Shown piece by piece: positions 27,801 to 42,220 of a stretch of 64,000 nt of DNA (the stretch's first letter is position 1; every line of letters starts with the position of its first letter). The notes under the pieces were generated by a model, which worked only from the letters and a program-made list of their open reading frames with translations, was not told the origin of the DNA and made no database searches. Origin of the DNA: the human T2T-CHM13v2.0 reference genome, Homo sapiens. Where the stretch lies: the NCBI RefSeq assembly GCF_009914755.1, contig NC_060944.1, one strand, 5' to 3'. Position numbers and translations under genes: made by a program.

Positions 27801-28072
27801 AGGCACTAGAATTAGCAAACGGGACCCCAGCCGCAGGGCAGTGTGGCCTTGCCTCTTGGCTTCCCAGCAATGTGGCCTGGGGCAGCTGGCTTATCCTCTC
27901 CTCGCCTCTGTTTACTCGCCTGTGAGATGGCTGAGGATGACAAGGCGAGGATTAAGGCGCGTACTCCTATTACCCGGGTTCAAATCCTGGCACGGCCACT
28001 TACTCACTGCGTGGCCTTCAACAACAGCCTCTGAGCCTGAAAGTGGAGTGGTGATAATAATAGTCTACACCA

Positions 28073-28436
28073 TGGAATACTATGCAGTCACAAAAAAGAA
28101 GGACATCATGTTTTTTGCGGGAACATGGATGGAGCTGGAGGCCATTATCCTTAGCAAACTAACACAGGAACAGAAAACCAAATGCCGCATGTTTTCACTT
28201 ATAAGCGGGAGCTAAATGATGAGAACACATGGACACATAGAGGGGAACAACTGACACTGAAGCCTATGGGAGGCTGGAGGGTGGGAGGAGACAGAGGATC
28301 AGGAAAAATAACTAATGGGCACTAGGCTTAATACCTGGATGACGAAATAATCTGTGCAACAAATCCCCATGACACAAGTTTACCTATACAACAAATCTGC
28401 ACATGTACCCCTGAACTTAAAAGTTAAATTTTTAAA
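28073..28436 (+). mobile_element. 5'-truncated L1PA15/16-like 3' end inserted into a MIR
   Basis: GGAATACTATGCAG..CATGGATGGAGCTGGAGGCCATTATCC..; 14-bp TSD AATAGTCTACACCA (28059-72 / 28437-50). Confidence 0.9.
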
Positions 28437-28568
28437 AATAGTCTACACCAGACAAGAAGGTTGTTAGGAAGTTTAAATGAGATAACACATGTAATGTGAT
28501 TAGCGCAGTGTCTGGCAGAGCAGGTGCTCAATGAGAGTTATTGCTGCTGATGAGTTATTCTTATTTTT

Positions 28569-28876
28569 GGGTTTTTTTTTCTTTTTTTTGAGATGTAGTC
28601 TCACTCTGTAACCCAGGCTGGGCTGGGGAGCAGTGGAGCGATCTCGGATCACTGCAACCTCTGCCTCCCGGGTTCAAGCAATTCTTCTGAGTAGCTGGGA
28701 TTACAGGCGTGTGCCACCATATCTGGCTAATTTTTTTTTTTTTTTTTTTGTATTTTTAGTAGAGATGGGGTTTCACCATTTTGGCCAGGCTGGTCTCGAA
28801 CTCCTGGCCTCATGATCCGCCCATCTCGGGCCTCCCAAAGTTCTGGGATTACAGGTGTGCGTCACCACGCCCGGCC
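28569..28876 (-). mobile_element. AluS
   Basis: Dimer with small internal deletion; TSD GTTATTCTTATTTTT. Confidence 0.93.
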
Positions 28877-29542
28877 GTTATTCTTATTTTTTTTTAAGGG
28901 GGGTGAGTCACTTCTATTCACTTCTGATTATTCTCAGGTAACCATACAGGAGTGCAACTGTTGGGTTGCCCAGTATTTGCAATGCTTAGCTTTTTAAGAC
29001 ACTGTCAACCTGTCTTCCAAAGTGATTGTACTATTTTGCACTTCCATCAACAATGTATGAATCATCCAGTTTCTCCACATCTTTGCCAACATTTGGTGTT
29101 GTCACTGTTTATTTTATTTTAACCATTCTGACAGGGACATAGTAATAGCTCATTGTGGTTTTAATTTCTATTTCCCTAATGGCTAGTGATGTTTAACATC
29201 TTTTCACATGCTAATTTGCCATCTCTATATCCTCTTTGGTGAACTATCTTTTCCTGTCATTTGCCTGTTTTCTACTTGTATTATTTGGTTTTTTACAGTT
29301 GAGTTTTGAAAGTTCTTTGCAAATTCTAGATGTCAGTTCTTTGCCAGTTACGCTGTTTGCAAATATTTCTCCCCGTCTGTAGCTTGTCTTTTCAGCCTCT
29401 TAACTATATATCACCAAGCAAACATTTCTAATTTTGATGTAGTTAAATTTATCAAATTTTTCCTTTGGATGATCGGGTTAAGCTCTCTGCATAGCCTTAG
29501 ACCCCAAAGAGTTTCTCGTATGTTTAGTTTGCTTTGTTCTCA

Positions 29543-29747
29543 CAGAAGTGTCCAAGGAAGAGAATACAGTCATGGGTTCTTAGTTTCTGTTTCTGGTTGG
29601 GCCAGTAAAGCCCCTTCCTCATCCCTCTTTTCCACTCATCACTAGAGACAGAAACTAAAAACCATGGCTTCAGGCTGCTAAAAGCTTAAAACAAACAAAC
29701 AAACAAAAAAAGAACAACAACAAAATAAGGCAGGTTGGACAAGCTTG
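29543..29747 (-). mobile_element. MER107-like hAT MITE inside L1
   Basis: GTGTCCAAGG...TTGGACAAGCTTG termini; AATACAGTCATGGGTTCTTAGTTTCTG core. Confidence 0.65.
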
Positions 29748-30714
29748 TCAGAAGTTTTACAGTTTTGAAACACTGTATTCATTACAAAATAACTTCATTC
29801 TCTCCTCCCACAGCCTCTGGAAACCATCATTCTGCTTTCTGTCTCTATAAATTTGATTAATCTGGATAGCTCATACAAGCGGTATCATGGAATATTTATC
29901 CTTTTGTGATTAGCTTTGTGTCCTTAAGGCTCACCCATGTTGTAGCATGTGTCATAATTCCTTTTTAAGGCTGAATAATATTCCATTGTATGGATATACT
30001 ATATCGTGTTTATCCATTCATTTGTTGATAGACATTGGGTTGTTTCTACCGTTTGGCTATTGTGAGTAATGCAGCTATAAACATAGGTGTACAAAGAGTA
30101 TCTGTCTGAGTCCCTGCTTTCAGTTCTGGGTATATACCCAGAAGTGGAACTGCTGGATCATAAGGTAATTCTGCGCTTTTTGAAAATTATTATTGAGAAA
30201 TGGCCATACTGTTTTTCACAGAGGCTGCACTATTTTACATTCCCACGATGTGCAAGGGTTCCAGTTTCACCACATCCTCACCAACACTTATTTTCTGTGA
30301 TTTTTTTAAATAATAGCCATCCTAATAGGTGTGAAGTGGTATCCCACTGTGATTCTGATGTGCGTTTCTCTAATGATTATTGATGTTGAACATCTTTCCA
30401 TGTGTTTATTGGCCATCTGCGTATCTTGTTTGGAGAAATGTCTATCCAGGGCCTTGGTCCATTTTTTTAGCATTTTGGTTTTTGTCACTTGCATGGCTTT
30501 TTTCAGTAATTGCTCTAGGTATTACATTGCATGTACATAACTTATAAGTTATAATCCACTGGTATTGCCATTTAACCAATTCCAGCAAAGCATAGAAACC
30601 TTACTTCATGCCCCTTTGCCTTACCCAGTTTAAAATACTTCTTTCAATATTTTCTCTACATACATTTAGAACCACATCAGTGTTTTAACTTTTCCTTCAG
30701 CTATCAGGTATAAT

Positions 30715-31012
<298 letters not shown>

Positions 31013-31400
31013 AAGAACTTCCTTTAATCATTCTTTGAGACCAGGTCTGCAGGCAACAAATTCTCTTAGTTTTCCAACATCTGAGAAGGTCTTGATTTCC
31101 CCTTGGTTCTTATTTTTGGTGGACATAGAATTCTGTTATTTTCTTTGAGCACTTGAGAAATGCTATGCACCTACTTTCTGGCCTCCATGGTCTCTGGTGA
31201 AAAATCTGATATCATTTGAGTTATTTCTTCTCCATAGGTAAGGTTCATTTCTCTTTCTCTTGAATAAATATTTTCCAAGATTTCTTTTTTTTGTCTTATG
31301 TTTTGAGAAGTTTGGCCATGATATGTCTTGGTGTGGATTTCCTTGGTTTACCCTAGCAATATTTGGAGTTCACTCAGCTTCTTGGGTCTGTAGATTTATA

Positions 31401-32940
31401 ATATACACATACATATATACACATATATATACACACGTATATACACATATGTATACACATATATACACATATATACACATATATACACACACATATATAC
31501 ACATAGATATGTTCATTCATATATATATATACCAAATATACATATATGTATATATAAGCCAAAAGAGGTTTAATTAGCTCATGGTTATGCAGGCTTTACA
31601 GGAAGCATGGTGCTGGCATCTGCTCGGCTTCTGGGGAGGCCTCAGAGAGCCAACATGTATATATATGTGTGTGTGTGTGGTATATATATAATATATATTT
31701 TTATATAGTATATATTATATATACTATACAAAAATACAGATATACTACACAATAATATTCCATTGTATGGATATACCATATCATGTTTATCCATTCATTT
31801 GTTGATAGACATTGGGTTGTTTCTACCTTTCGGCTATTGTGAGTAATGCAGCTATAAACATGGGTGTACAAAGAGTATCTGTCTGAGTCCCTGCTTTTAT
31901 ACAAAAGAAAATAATATATATATACTATATATATATTTTATACAAAAGAAAATAGTATATATATGCCTTCAGTATATATAATATATAATACTGTATATAC
32001 TATATATACTATACAGTATATATTATACTGTATATAATATATATACTGTACAGTATATATTATACTGTATATAATATATATACTGTACAGTATATTATAT
32101 ATACGTATATAATATACTACAGTATATATATACAGTATACATATATGTATATATGTATGTATATATGTATATATGTATACTACATATACTATATATACAG
32201 TATATATACATATACTACAGTATACTATATATACATATACTACAGTATACTATATATACATATATATTATATATACTGTACAGTCTATATTATACTGTAT
32301 ATAATATACCACACAGTCTATATTATACTGTATGTAATAGACTGTACAGTCTGTATTATATTGTATATAATATAGACTGCACAGTATATATAATACTGTA
32401 TGTGATGTAGACTGTACAGTATATATTATACTGTATACTTATATAGACTGTACAGTATATATTATACTGTATATAATATACTATACAGTATATATTATAC
32501 TGTATATGATATACTATACAGTATATATTATACTGTATATGATATACTATACAGTATATATTATACTGTATATGATATACTATACAGTATATATTATACT
32601 GTATATGATATACTATACAGTATATATTATACTGTATATGATATACTATACAGTATATATTATACTGTATATGATATACTATACAGTATATATTATACTG
32701 TATATGATATACTATACAGTATATATTATACTGTATATGATATACTATACAGTATATATTATACTGTATATGATATACTATACAGTATATATTATACTGT
32801 ATATGATATATACTATACAGTACATATATTATACTGTATATGATATATACTATACAGTACATATATTATACTGTATATGATATATACTATAGTGTATATA
32901 TTATACTGTATATGATATATACTACCTATTATTATATATA
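31401..32940. repeat. AT-rich microsatellite/minisatellite complex with 33-bp unit
   Basis: Unit TATACTATACAGTATATATTATACTGTATATGA, 9 perfect copies 32506-32802 (ORF repeat MIYYTVYIILY x9) plus degenerate flanks. Confidence 0.97.
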
Positions 32941-33351
32941 TAGCCAAATTTGGGAAGTTTTCAGCCATTATTTCTTTGAATAATTTTATGTCCCACTTTC
33001 TTTCTCCTCTCCTTGCATAATTTCAGTGATACAGATGTTAGCTCTTTTGCTGTAGTTCCCCCTGTCCCTGCAGCTCTATTTACCTTTTCAGTCTATTCTC
33101 TCTCTGTTGTTCACAGTGGGTAATTTCCATTGTTCCATGTCCCGGTTCACTGATCCTTCTGCCTTCTCCATTTGCTGTTGAACCCATCCGTTGTATAATA
33201 TTCTTCAGTTATACAATTTTCATTTGATTCTTCTTTGTACCTTCTATTACTTTGCTAAGTCTTCTGTTTCTTTGCTGAGGTTTTCTACTTTTTTCGTTTG
33301 TTTCCAGTGTGACACATCACTGTCATCTTAATATTAAGCATCAAAAGTCAG

Positions 33352-33667
<316 letters not shown>

Positions 33668-33896
33668 GTCAGTGTGAGACCTTCCACTTGTCTTATACAA
33701 CAAGTGACTTTCGTTTGGAACCTGGACATTTTGGGTACTGTATTACGAGATTTTGGCTCTTATTTAAAACTTGTTTTTGCTGACTTCTTTCAGTGCTCTT
33801 GCAAAGGAAATGGGGATGTCACCTCATTACTACAAGACGAAAGTAGAAGTCCAGTTCCCCACCTCATCCTCCATTAATATCTGAGGTGGGGGGAGT

Positions 33897-34283
33897 TGTT
33901 AGGCCGTTTCTGCATTGCTATAAAGAAATATGTGAGGCTGAGTAATTTATAAAGAAAAGAGGTTTAATGAGCTCATCGTTCTGCAAGGTTGTACATGAAA
34001 CATGGCGCTGTCATCTGCTCAGCTTCTGGGGAGGCCTTGGGGAGCTTTTACTCGTGGCAGAAGGCGAACCAGGAGCAGGCAGGTCACATGTCCAGAGCAG
34101 GAGCAAGGCGCTGGGGGGAGGTGCCACACACTTTTAAACAACCAGATTTCCTGAGAACTCATATCTCAAGGACAGCACGGATCCAACCCCATGACCCAAA
34201 CACTTCCCACCAGGCCCCACCTCCAACATTAGGGATTGTATTTCAATATGAGATTTGGACAGGACAAACATCAAAACCATCTC
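33897..34283 (-). mobile_element. MST (MaLR) solo LTR
   Basis: Plus GCATTGCTATAAAGAAATA..TAATTTATAAAGAAAAGAGGTTTAAT..GAGATTTGG..AAACCATCTCA. Confidence 0.85.
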
Positions 34284-34819
34284 AGGGGGGTTCATTACTG
34301 CTGGGGAGTGCTGGGAGTTCTAGCTCCCATCAGCCCTCTCCTGATACCTCCCTGGCTAGAGGAGTAGGAGTGCCTTGTCTTTGCTCCCCATGTGGCTTCC
34401 ATTGACACTGCGGGAGGGTGGTGTCCTTGTTGCTGCTGGGTGGTAGTTACTTTGGAATACTGATACATGCAACACTCTAAATAAATATCAAAAAAAAACC
34501 CATTATGCTATATGAAAGAAGCTGAACATAAAAAAAACTACATTCTGCATAATTATATCTATATGAAGAGTTAAAAGAGGCAAACTTCAATTATAGAAAC
34601 CATATAGTGATTGCCAAGCAATGGGGGTCAAAAGACAGGATCAACTGGAAACAGCATGAGGAAATGTATAGGGTGATAGATGTGTTCTGCTGACTGTGGT
34701 GGTGGTAATACAGTTGTATATAATTATTAAATTCCATCAAACTGATCATTTAAAATAGGTGAATTTTATTATATATAGTTATACCTCAATAAAGCCAGAA
34801 CAGAAGTGCATTGAGGTCA

Positions 34820-34990
<171 letters not shown>

Positions 34991-35715
34991 TCATTGGATC
35001 AAGTTGGCTGATCGTGTTCTTCAAATTTAGATTCTTAAAGTCTCCAATTCAATTATGGATTTGTCTATTTCTCACTTTAGTTCTGTCAATTTTCACTTCA
35101 TAGATTTTGAAGCTCTGTTATTAAATGTGAACACACTTAAGATTGTTATGTCTTTATTGGTGGATTCACCTTTCTATCATTCTAAAATCTCTCTCTTTAT
35201 CACCATAGATGCCCTTTGTGTTGAAGTCCACTTTATCTGATATTTAAATAGCCACAATAGTTTTCTTATGCTCAAAGTTTGTATTGTATATCTTTTCCAC
35301 TTTTTTTAAACTGTCAACCTGTTTCTATATGTACAATGTGTTTATTCTATACAGTGTATTGATGAACTCTGCTTTTTTATCTAGTCTAACATTCTCTGAT
35401 ATTTTAATTGGAATGTCTAATCAATTTACATCTAATATAATTATTTATCTGGTTGGATTTAAGTGTCTTATTTTGCTATTAGTTTTCTATTTATCTTATT
35501 TGTTCTTTGTTCCTCTCTTCCTCCTCTCTTGCTTTCTTTTGTATCAACTGATTATATTTTGGTGCATTTTATTTCCTCTATTAATTTTTTAGCTTTTTTC
35601 TGTTTTATTATTTTAGTGGTTTCTCTAGAGATTATGATATGCATCTTTATCACAGTCTACCTTTGCACAATGATATATTATTTTAGGAACAATATAAGAG
35701 CCTTACAATAATGGT

Positions 35716-36033
35716 GGCCAAGTATGGTTGCTCATGCTTGTAATCCCAGCAATCTGGGAGGCTGAGGAGGGTGTTGCTTGAGTTCAGGAGTTTGAGACCA
35801 GCCTGGCCAACATGGTGAAACCTCATCTCTACAAAAAATACAAAAATTAGCTGAGCGTAGTTGCAGGCATCTGTAGTCCCAGCTACCGGGGAGGCTGAGG
35901 TGGGAGGATAGCTCGAGCCCGGGGAGGTGGAGGTTGCAGTGAGCTGAGATCACAGTACTGCACTCCAGCCTGGGTGACAGAGTGAGACCCTATCCCCCCC
36001 CCCCAAAAAAAAAAAGAAAAAACAAAGAAAGAA
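35716..36033 (+). mobile_element. AluJ/Sx (a FLAM monomer lies nearby at 34815-34945)
   Basis: TSD AGCCTTACAATAATGG. Confidence 0.92.
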
Positions 36034-36136
36034 AGCCTTACAATAATGGAAATAATGTAAAAAAATTCCATTTACCACCCTCTTCTCTTCCTTTATACTT
36101 TTATTGTCTTTTTAAATTTGTGTATTCTATAAACCC

Positions 36137-36338
36137 AAGTATGTGCTGAAGATAACTCATGCTAGCTTATGAGAAATGACTGTTACTCTTTCAGAAAATT
36201 TGTGAGCCAGCTGTAGAACTGATGGTAGCATGAAATCACCCATAGCAAGAATATTTACACCATGAAATTAATAAAATTCTATAAATAAGGGCTTTTCTTC
36301 CAGCAGCCAATTGTTAAACATTTACCAGAACACCACTG
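36137..36338 (+). mobile_element. MER63A-like hAT element
   Basis: Ends GTTAAACATTTACCAGAACACCACTG; internal TATTTACACCATG. Confidence 0.7.
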
Positions 36339-36713
36339 TTTGAATTACACAACATATTGTTTTAATTTTATAAACAATCAATAGTCTTTAAAAGACATGT
36401 ATAAATTATATAAATAAAAGATAAATGTACTTTAAAAAGTATTTCATATTTTCCCAAATATTTACCCTATCTCTTCACTTCTTCCTGCAGATCCAGGATC
36501 ATTTCTCTTTCAGGTGCTAGCATTTCTTTTACCATTTCTTATAGTGCTGGCTTGTTGAAAGGAAATTCTCTCAGCTTCTGTTTATCTGAAAGTATCTTTA
36601 TTTTTGCTTTTGTTTTTGAAGTTACTTTCACCAGATATAGAAGTCTAGATTGACAATTTTTTTTCCTTTAGTACTTAAAGATCTCATTCCATTGTGTTCA
36701 AGTTTCTATTGTT

Positions 36714-36815
36714 TCTGGTAAGAGATTAGCCACCATTCATATCATTGATCCCCTGTAAGTAATGTCTGGTAAGAAATTAGCCACCATTCATATCATTGTT
36801 CCCCTGTAAGTAATG
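36714..36815. repeat. 51-bp tandem duplication
   Basis: TCTGGTAAGA(G/A)ATTAGCCACCATTCATATCATTG(A/T)TCCCCTGTAAGTAATG x2. Confidence 0.92.
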
Positions 36816-37563
36816 CCCCATTTTTATTCTGGCTACTTGTAAGATCTCTTTATCTTTCACTTTTCAGCAGTTTGACTGAAACGTTTAGGTGTAGTGTTTC
36901 CCTTATATTTATTTACTCGGAGTTTGCTGAGCTGCTTGGATCTGTGCATTGATGTCTTTCATCAATTTTGGTATATTTCCCGTCATTATCTCTTCAAATA
37001 CCTCTTTTGCCCCATTCTCTCTCTCCTTTCCTTCTAGAATTCCAGTAACATTTATGTTAGAGCATTTGGTATCATCTTACAAATTTCAGACTCTTTGTTC
37101 TTTATTTTTTTCACTTTTCCTTCTCTACGTGTTTCAAACAGGCATTTTCTATTACCTGTCTTTAGTGATTCCTGTCTTTGTTGTGCCCAGTCTCTTATAG
37201 ATCTAAGTCTTCATTTCTGATGTAGTATTTTTCATCTCTATAATTTTCACTAGTTCTTTTAATAGTTTCCAGGTCTCTGCTGAAGTTTTCCATTTGTTTA
37301 TGCATGTTGTTCTTTAGATTCTTTCATTTTTAGAATTTTGTTGTAGATTTTTTAAGTCTCTGGGAATTCCAGAATCTAGGCCAAATCTGAATCTGCTTCT
37401 ATTAATACTTTTCTTTAATGACTGTCACATTTTATTATTGTCTGTGTGGTTGCTAATCTTTGAACGCATTGTTGACATTTTTGTAAGAAAGAACAGTAGA
37501 GAATGAAGTAAATAATATTTACCTCCAGAAGGGGGTACTCCCCTTTTCCTGTAAAACCGATAG

Positions 37564-37644
37564 AGTATGGAATTAACCAGTCTTACCTGCAGTATGGAGT
37601 TAATCGGTTTTACCCGTAGTATGGAGTTAACCAGTCTTACCTGT
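37564..37644. repeat. 27-bp x3 minisatellite
   Basis: AGTATGGA(A/G)TTAACCAGTCTTACCTG-like units. Confidence 0.88.
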
Positions 37645-38803
37645 GGTTGAACTGGATTTCAGCTTTGGTGCAGTTTTAGATTGTTTCAGTTCATCACTGG
37701 CTCCAAATGTTTTGAGGGTAGATTTAGAACTTTTCCTTCAGCAGATCTGAGACCGGAGCACTGGTGAGATTTTAGGAATCTGCCTTTGCTTCCCAGAAGA
37801 GTTACCCAGTTTGGGAATGTTGGGAGTTCTCTCTCTTGTGTAGAGCCAAGTTGCCATGGGGCTTTTTGGTCATTGGTGAGTTCTCTTTGTTCTCAAATCC
37901 TGCCCCCCATTTCCTGCACCTGGGAGGATTTTTTCAGCCTAGTTGTTGTTCATCTGGCCTTTGGAGGGCTATGGTTCTACACATTTTGAAGGTCTGGAAT
38001 GACTGGTAGGGGTGTCTTTTCACTATAAGCTTCTGATAGTCAAAAGCCAGGCATGCCTGGGAGGGGAGGGAATCTCTCAATTCTTCTACCTCAGGTTTTC
38101 TGTCTGTTCTCCTGACCTGTTCCCCTGTGCCTACTTTTGAGAGTGTCTTATACTTAAGAGAGGCCCCTTGCTTTCAGGGGAATCCTTCTTATCCCTCCTT
38201 TTATCACCTGTTTTGGTGTAATATCCCGCACTTGATAAATCCCATGGTAAGACTTGGTGGGCAGATTCAGACCTATTCAGTGAGTAGAGTTTATCTCCAT
38301 TATAAGCTACACAGAAGCTCTCATGTTATTGAAAATTTAGCTGGTTTCTTCCTGCCCATCCATGGCAGTCTCCTCTTTCTCCAGCAGTTGTGTTAGGATT
38401 TGGAGCAGCTATGAGTCTCTTCTCCCCCATTATGATCTTGGCATTTCCTCCTGGAGGTTAGCTCCTTTAGGTTTCTTTGTGTCCTCAGCTTTCCATGAAG
38501 TTTTTAAAACTATGATTTTATAGCTAATAAAGCCTATTTTGATGGGGTGGTGTTAGAGTGGGAGCAACAGTCTCTTATCATTTCCTATACTAGAACCAGA
38601 AGTGGAACTCTTTCCAAAAAAATAATAACAAAAACATGTTTCTAATAATGCCATCAGACATTGTTGTAGTCTATCAAAATACCAGGACCATTGGGTCATT
38701 CCTGCCTACCATGTGAAAGTCAAAGAATATTTCATTTGGGGGAAAAACTCAAGTCTTTCAAGATTAAACTCCAAGTAGAATACAGAGACTTATGGGTACC
38801 CGA

Positions 38804-38895
38804 TATAGCAGACGAAAACGATATTACAAAAAGGAAGTAAGCACCTGCTATAGCAGGGAAAGGTTATATTACAAAAAGGAACTAAGCACACTGCT
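38804..38895. repeat. ~45-bp x2 degenerate tandem repeat
   Basis: TATAGCAG...ATATTACAAAAAGGAA.TAAGCAC twice. Confidence 0.8.
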
Positions 38896-39287
38896 CAAAC
38901 ACTCTGGATCATTCAAGATGAACCTGAATCATCTTGAAATATACAACAAGATCCAAAATGTTCTGATGAGAAGTCAGCCAGTTGGTAACTCAGCTCCTAT
39001 AGGCATGGCATGTTTGAGACAGCACTCTTTTGCTTTTGAATTGGGTGAGATTACCAAATGCTCATGAAGAATTTTTTCTTTGTTGTTGTATCTAGGAAGG
39101 GGTAAAAATTAGAACCTTGCAAAGTTCTGAAAATATAAATAAGAAACAAAGTAAATTATATGAGTTCAGCACTTTTGTAACTGACCTTGGTGTGAAGATA
39201 TGAATTTATAAGTCTTATCAGCAATGAATTTGTGTATATTTGGTCTGCTGTTTAATATGCTTGAACCATTTGAAATAATCTGCTTGG

Positions 39288-39740
39288 GGGCTGGGCATGG
39301 TGTGTCACACCTGTAATCCCAGCACTTTGGGAGGCCGAGGTAGGATTGCTTGAGACCAGAAGTTTGATATCAGCCTGGGCAACATAGTGAGATATCATCG
39401 CTGTTTTAAAATAAATAAAATAAAATAAAAAAGAATCACCCTAGCTGGGTGCAGTGGCTCACACCTGTAATTTCAGCACTCTGGGAGACTGAGGCAGGAG
39501 GACCGTTTGAGCTCAGGAGTTTGAGATCAGCCTGGGCAACATAGTGAGACCCTGTCTCTACAAAAAAATTACAAAATTAGCAGGCCATGGTGGTGCACGC
39601 CTGTAGTCTCAGCTACTCGAGAGGCTGAAGTGGGAGGATTGATTAAGCCCAGGAGGCGAAGGGTACAATGAGCTATAATTGTGCCACTACACTCCAGCCT
39701 GGGTGACAGATCGAGACCCTGTTTCAAAAAAAAAAAAAAA
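39288..39740 (+). mobile_element. FLAM (39288-39432) followed by AluJ (39443-39740)
   Basis: Monomer with (TAAAA)n tail, then full dimer. Confidence 0.9.
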
Positions 39741-40326
39741 GTTGGGGGGCTTTACCAAGATTTGTAATTGCAGTTTATATTGTTCAAGGGAATTTAATCA
39801 AGTTTGTGATCTATGTCAAATGCAAGGAATGTTGGCTTTCCAGCTTATTTATTCGTGAATAATAATGGCCACACTCACTACGTGTTTACTCCAGTTCAGG
39901 TCCTATTCTAAGAGCTTTACATGATTTAATTCATTGAACATTTAAATAACCCTATGAAATAGGTTCTATTATATTCCCATTTTGCAGAGGAGGAAACTGA
40001 GGTACAGGGAAATTGAGTAACTTATCCAAGGACACACAGCTACTGAGTGGGGATTCAAACCCAAGCAATTTCACTGCAGAGTCCACATGCGTAACCAACC
40101 ACTACACTGTAATAACTCTAGTATAGGTGTTTATTAGATCTGGGCAATATGACTTTAATACTGAGCATTGAACAAAGTAGCAGTGAGTATCCTTCATGCA
40201 CCAAATCCCTGAAAGTAGTAATATTAAAGGAGTTGTCGACAATGTGAGTGTATTCACTCAAGAGGCTGTTTCCCAACACTCATTCCCCTCAGATAACAAG
40301 GGTGCTACATGCACTTCTTTAAACTT

Positions 40327-40499
40327 CTAGCATGTGGTTCTCAACCCCGGCTGCACATTGGAATCACCTGAGGAGCATTAAAAGTGCTGATGCTCCATCC
40401 TCAGAGTCTGATTTCATTGTCTAGGGTGTGGCTTGGGCATCAGGATTTTTTTTAAGCTCCAAGCAGATTCTAAAGGGTAGCTTGGATTGAGAACCACTG
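40327..40499. mobile_element. MER5A
   Basis: GTGGTTCTCAA..TGGAATCACCTG..TTGAGAACCACTG. Confidence 0.8.
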
Positions 40500-41324
40500 T
40501 CCCTAAAAATCTAATTCATCCTTTGCCAGATTCTGGTGAAACCTGGGAAATGTGAACTGGCTTTTTATCACATCACGTCTAAAGGCTGAAGCGACCCTCC
40601 TGAGTTAGTACAGAATCTTGACACCCAACAGCTTTGGGGCCTGGGCATTGGTCTATGTTAGATGCCTTGTCAATGTTTACTTAACTATTAATAATATTTG
40701 AATACCTACCAGACTTGGTTTTGCTCATTAGCAAACTTGGGATTAATCAGACATACCTTTCACCATGTGTTTTACTCAATATTTGCTATATGGCAACCAT
40801 ATACCAGGCTGTATATACACTAATGAATAAGACTAAAAAATTAAAATCCCTGACCTCATGGAACTTAAATGATGGCAGGTGCAAATAATAAATAAATGAG
40901 TAAAATGTATTATAATCAAAAGATGAAAATATGACAAATCTGGGAAGAAAACACAAGGAAGCAGCAAAGGGAAGTTGAGAGTGGTGCTTTGGAGGTGCTG
41001 TTGTAGATAAGGTGGTCAGGGAAGCTGTCCATGAAGAGGACCCTAAGTTAAACCAAGACCTAAAGAAAGTGAACACATGAACTTCTGGGTATACAAAGGA
41101 AGCATTCCAGGAAGAAAGAGAAGTCAAACGCAATGGCTTTGAGGCAGCAGGCAACATGACAGGTCTTAGCATCATCAAGGAACTGGAGTGCAGAGACAAG
41201 GTCACAGCCAGCCAGCAAGGACTCAAAGTAGGATCCTGAAAGCCCAAGTAGGGATTTTCACACTCAGTGACAAGGGCAGCCATTGTAGAGATTTAAGCAG
41301 AGTGGCATATTCTGCTTTCATTTT

Positions 41325-42220
41325 TTTTTTAAGTCAGTGTTACTGAGATATAGTTCATATAGCATATAATTCACCTGTTTAAAAGTGAATATGTCAATTA
41401 GCCAAGCATGGTGGTGTGTGCCTGTAGTCCCAGCTACTTGGTAGGCTAAGACAGGAGGATCACTTGAGCCCAGGATGTCAAGGCTTCAGAGAGTGGTGTT
41501 TGCATCACTGCACTCCAGCCTGGGCAATAGAATGAGACACTGTCTCAAAAAAAAAAAAAAGTATGTGTAATGTAATGATTTTTCAGGACACTCACAATGC
41601 AACCATCACTACAATCAATTTAACACATTTTCATCACCCCAAAGGGAAATCTCATGCCCACTAACAGTCACTCCCTATCTCCCCACAACCTCCCCAGTCC
41701 CAGGCAACTACTAAGATACTTTCTGTCTGTATAGATTTGCCTACTCTGGACATTTCATATAAATGGAATCATATAATATGTGGTCCTTTTGTGTCTGGCT
41801 TCTCTGACTTAACATAATGCTTTCAAGATTCATCTCTGTCACAGCACGCATTGGTACTACATTTCTTTTTATTGCTGAATAATATTTCATTGTATGGGTG
41901 TATCCTACTTTATTATTCAATCATCAGTTAATACACATTTGGACCGTTTGAACTTTCTGGCTATTATGAATAATGCTGCCTTGACCTTTAGTGTACAAGT
42001 TTTTGGACATGTTTATATTTCTCTTAGGTACATACCTAGGAGTGGAATTTCTGGGTCATATGGTAACTCTATGTCTAACCTTTTGAGGAACTGCCCAACT
42101 GTTTTCCAAGGTGTCTGCACTATTTCACAATCCCACCAGCAGTGTATGCGGGTTCCAGTTTCTCTACATCTTCCCAGCACTTGCTATTATTTACCTTTTT
42201 TATGATAGCCATCCTACTGC
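41325..42220 (-). mobile_element. L1MB 3' fragment with inserted Alu right monomer (~41395-41560)
   Basis: CTGGACATTTCATATAAATGGAATCATA, TACCTAGGAGTGGAATT motifs. Confidence 0.8.

Noticed and set aside
27213-27818. 198-aa (+) and 173-aa (-) ORFs over exon 1
   Set aside because: Stop-poor GC-rich CpG island; shadows of the real SLC13A3 frame.
32145-32880. Repetitive Y/I-rich ORFs and CRISPR-like periodicity
   Set aside because: Translation of a head-to-tail minisatellite; no unique spacers, no cas genes, human DNA.
38912-38938. 10-bp hairpin TTCAAGATGA-N7-TCATCTTGAA
   Set aside because: Short enough to arise by chance in 64 kb; no supporting context.
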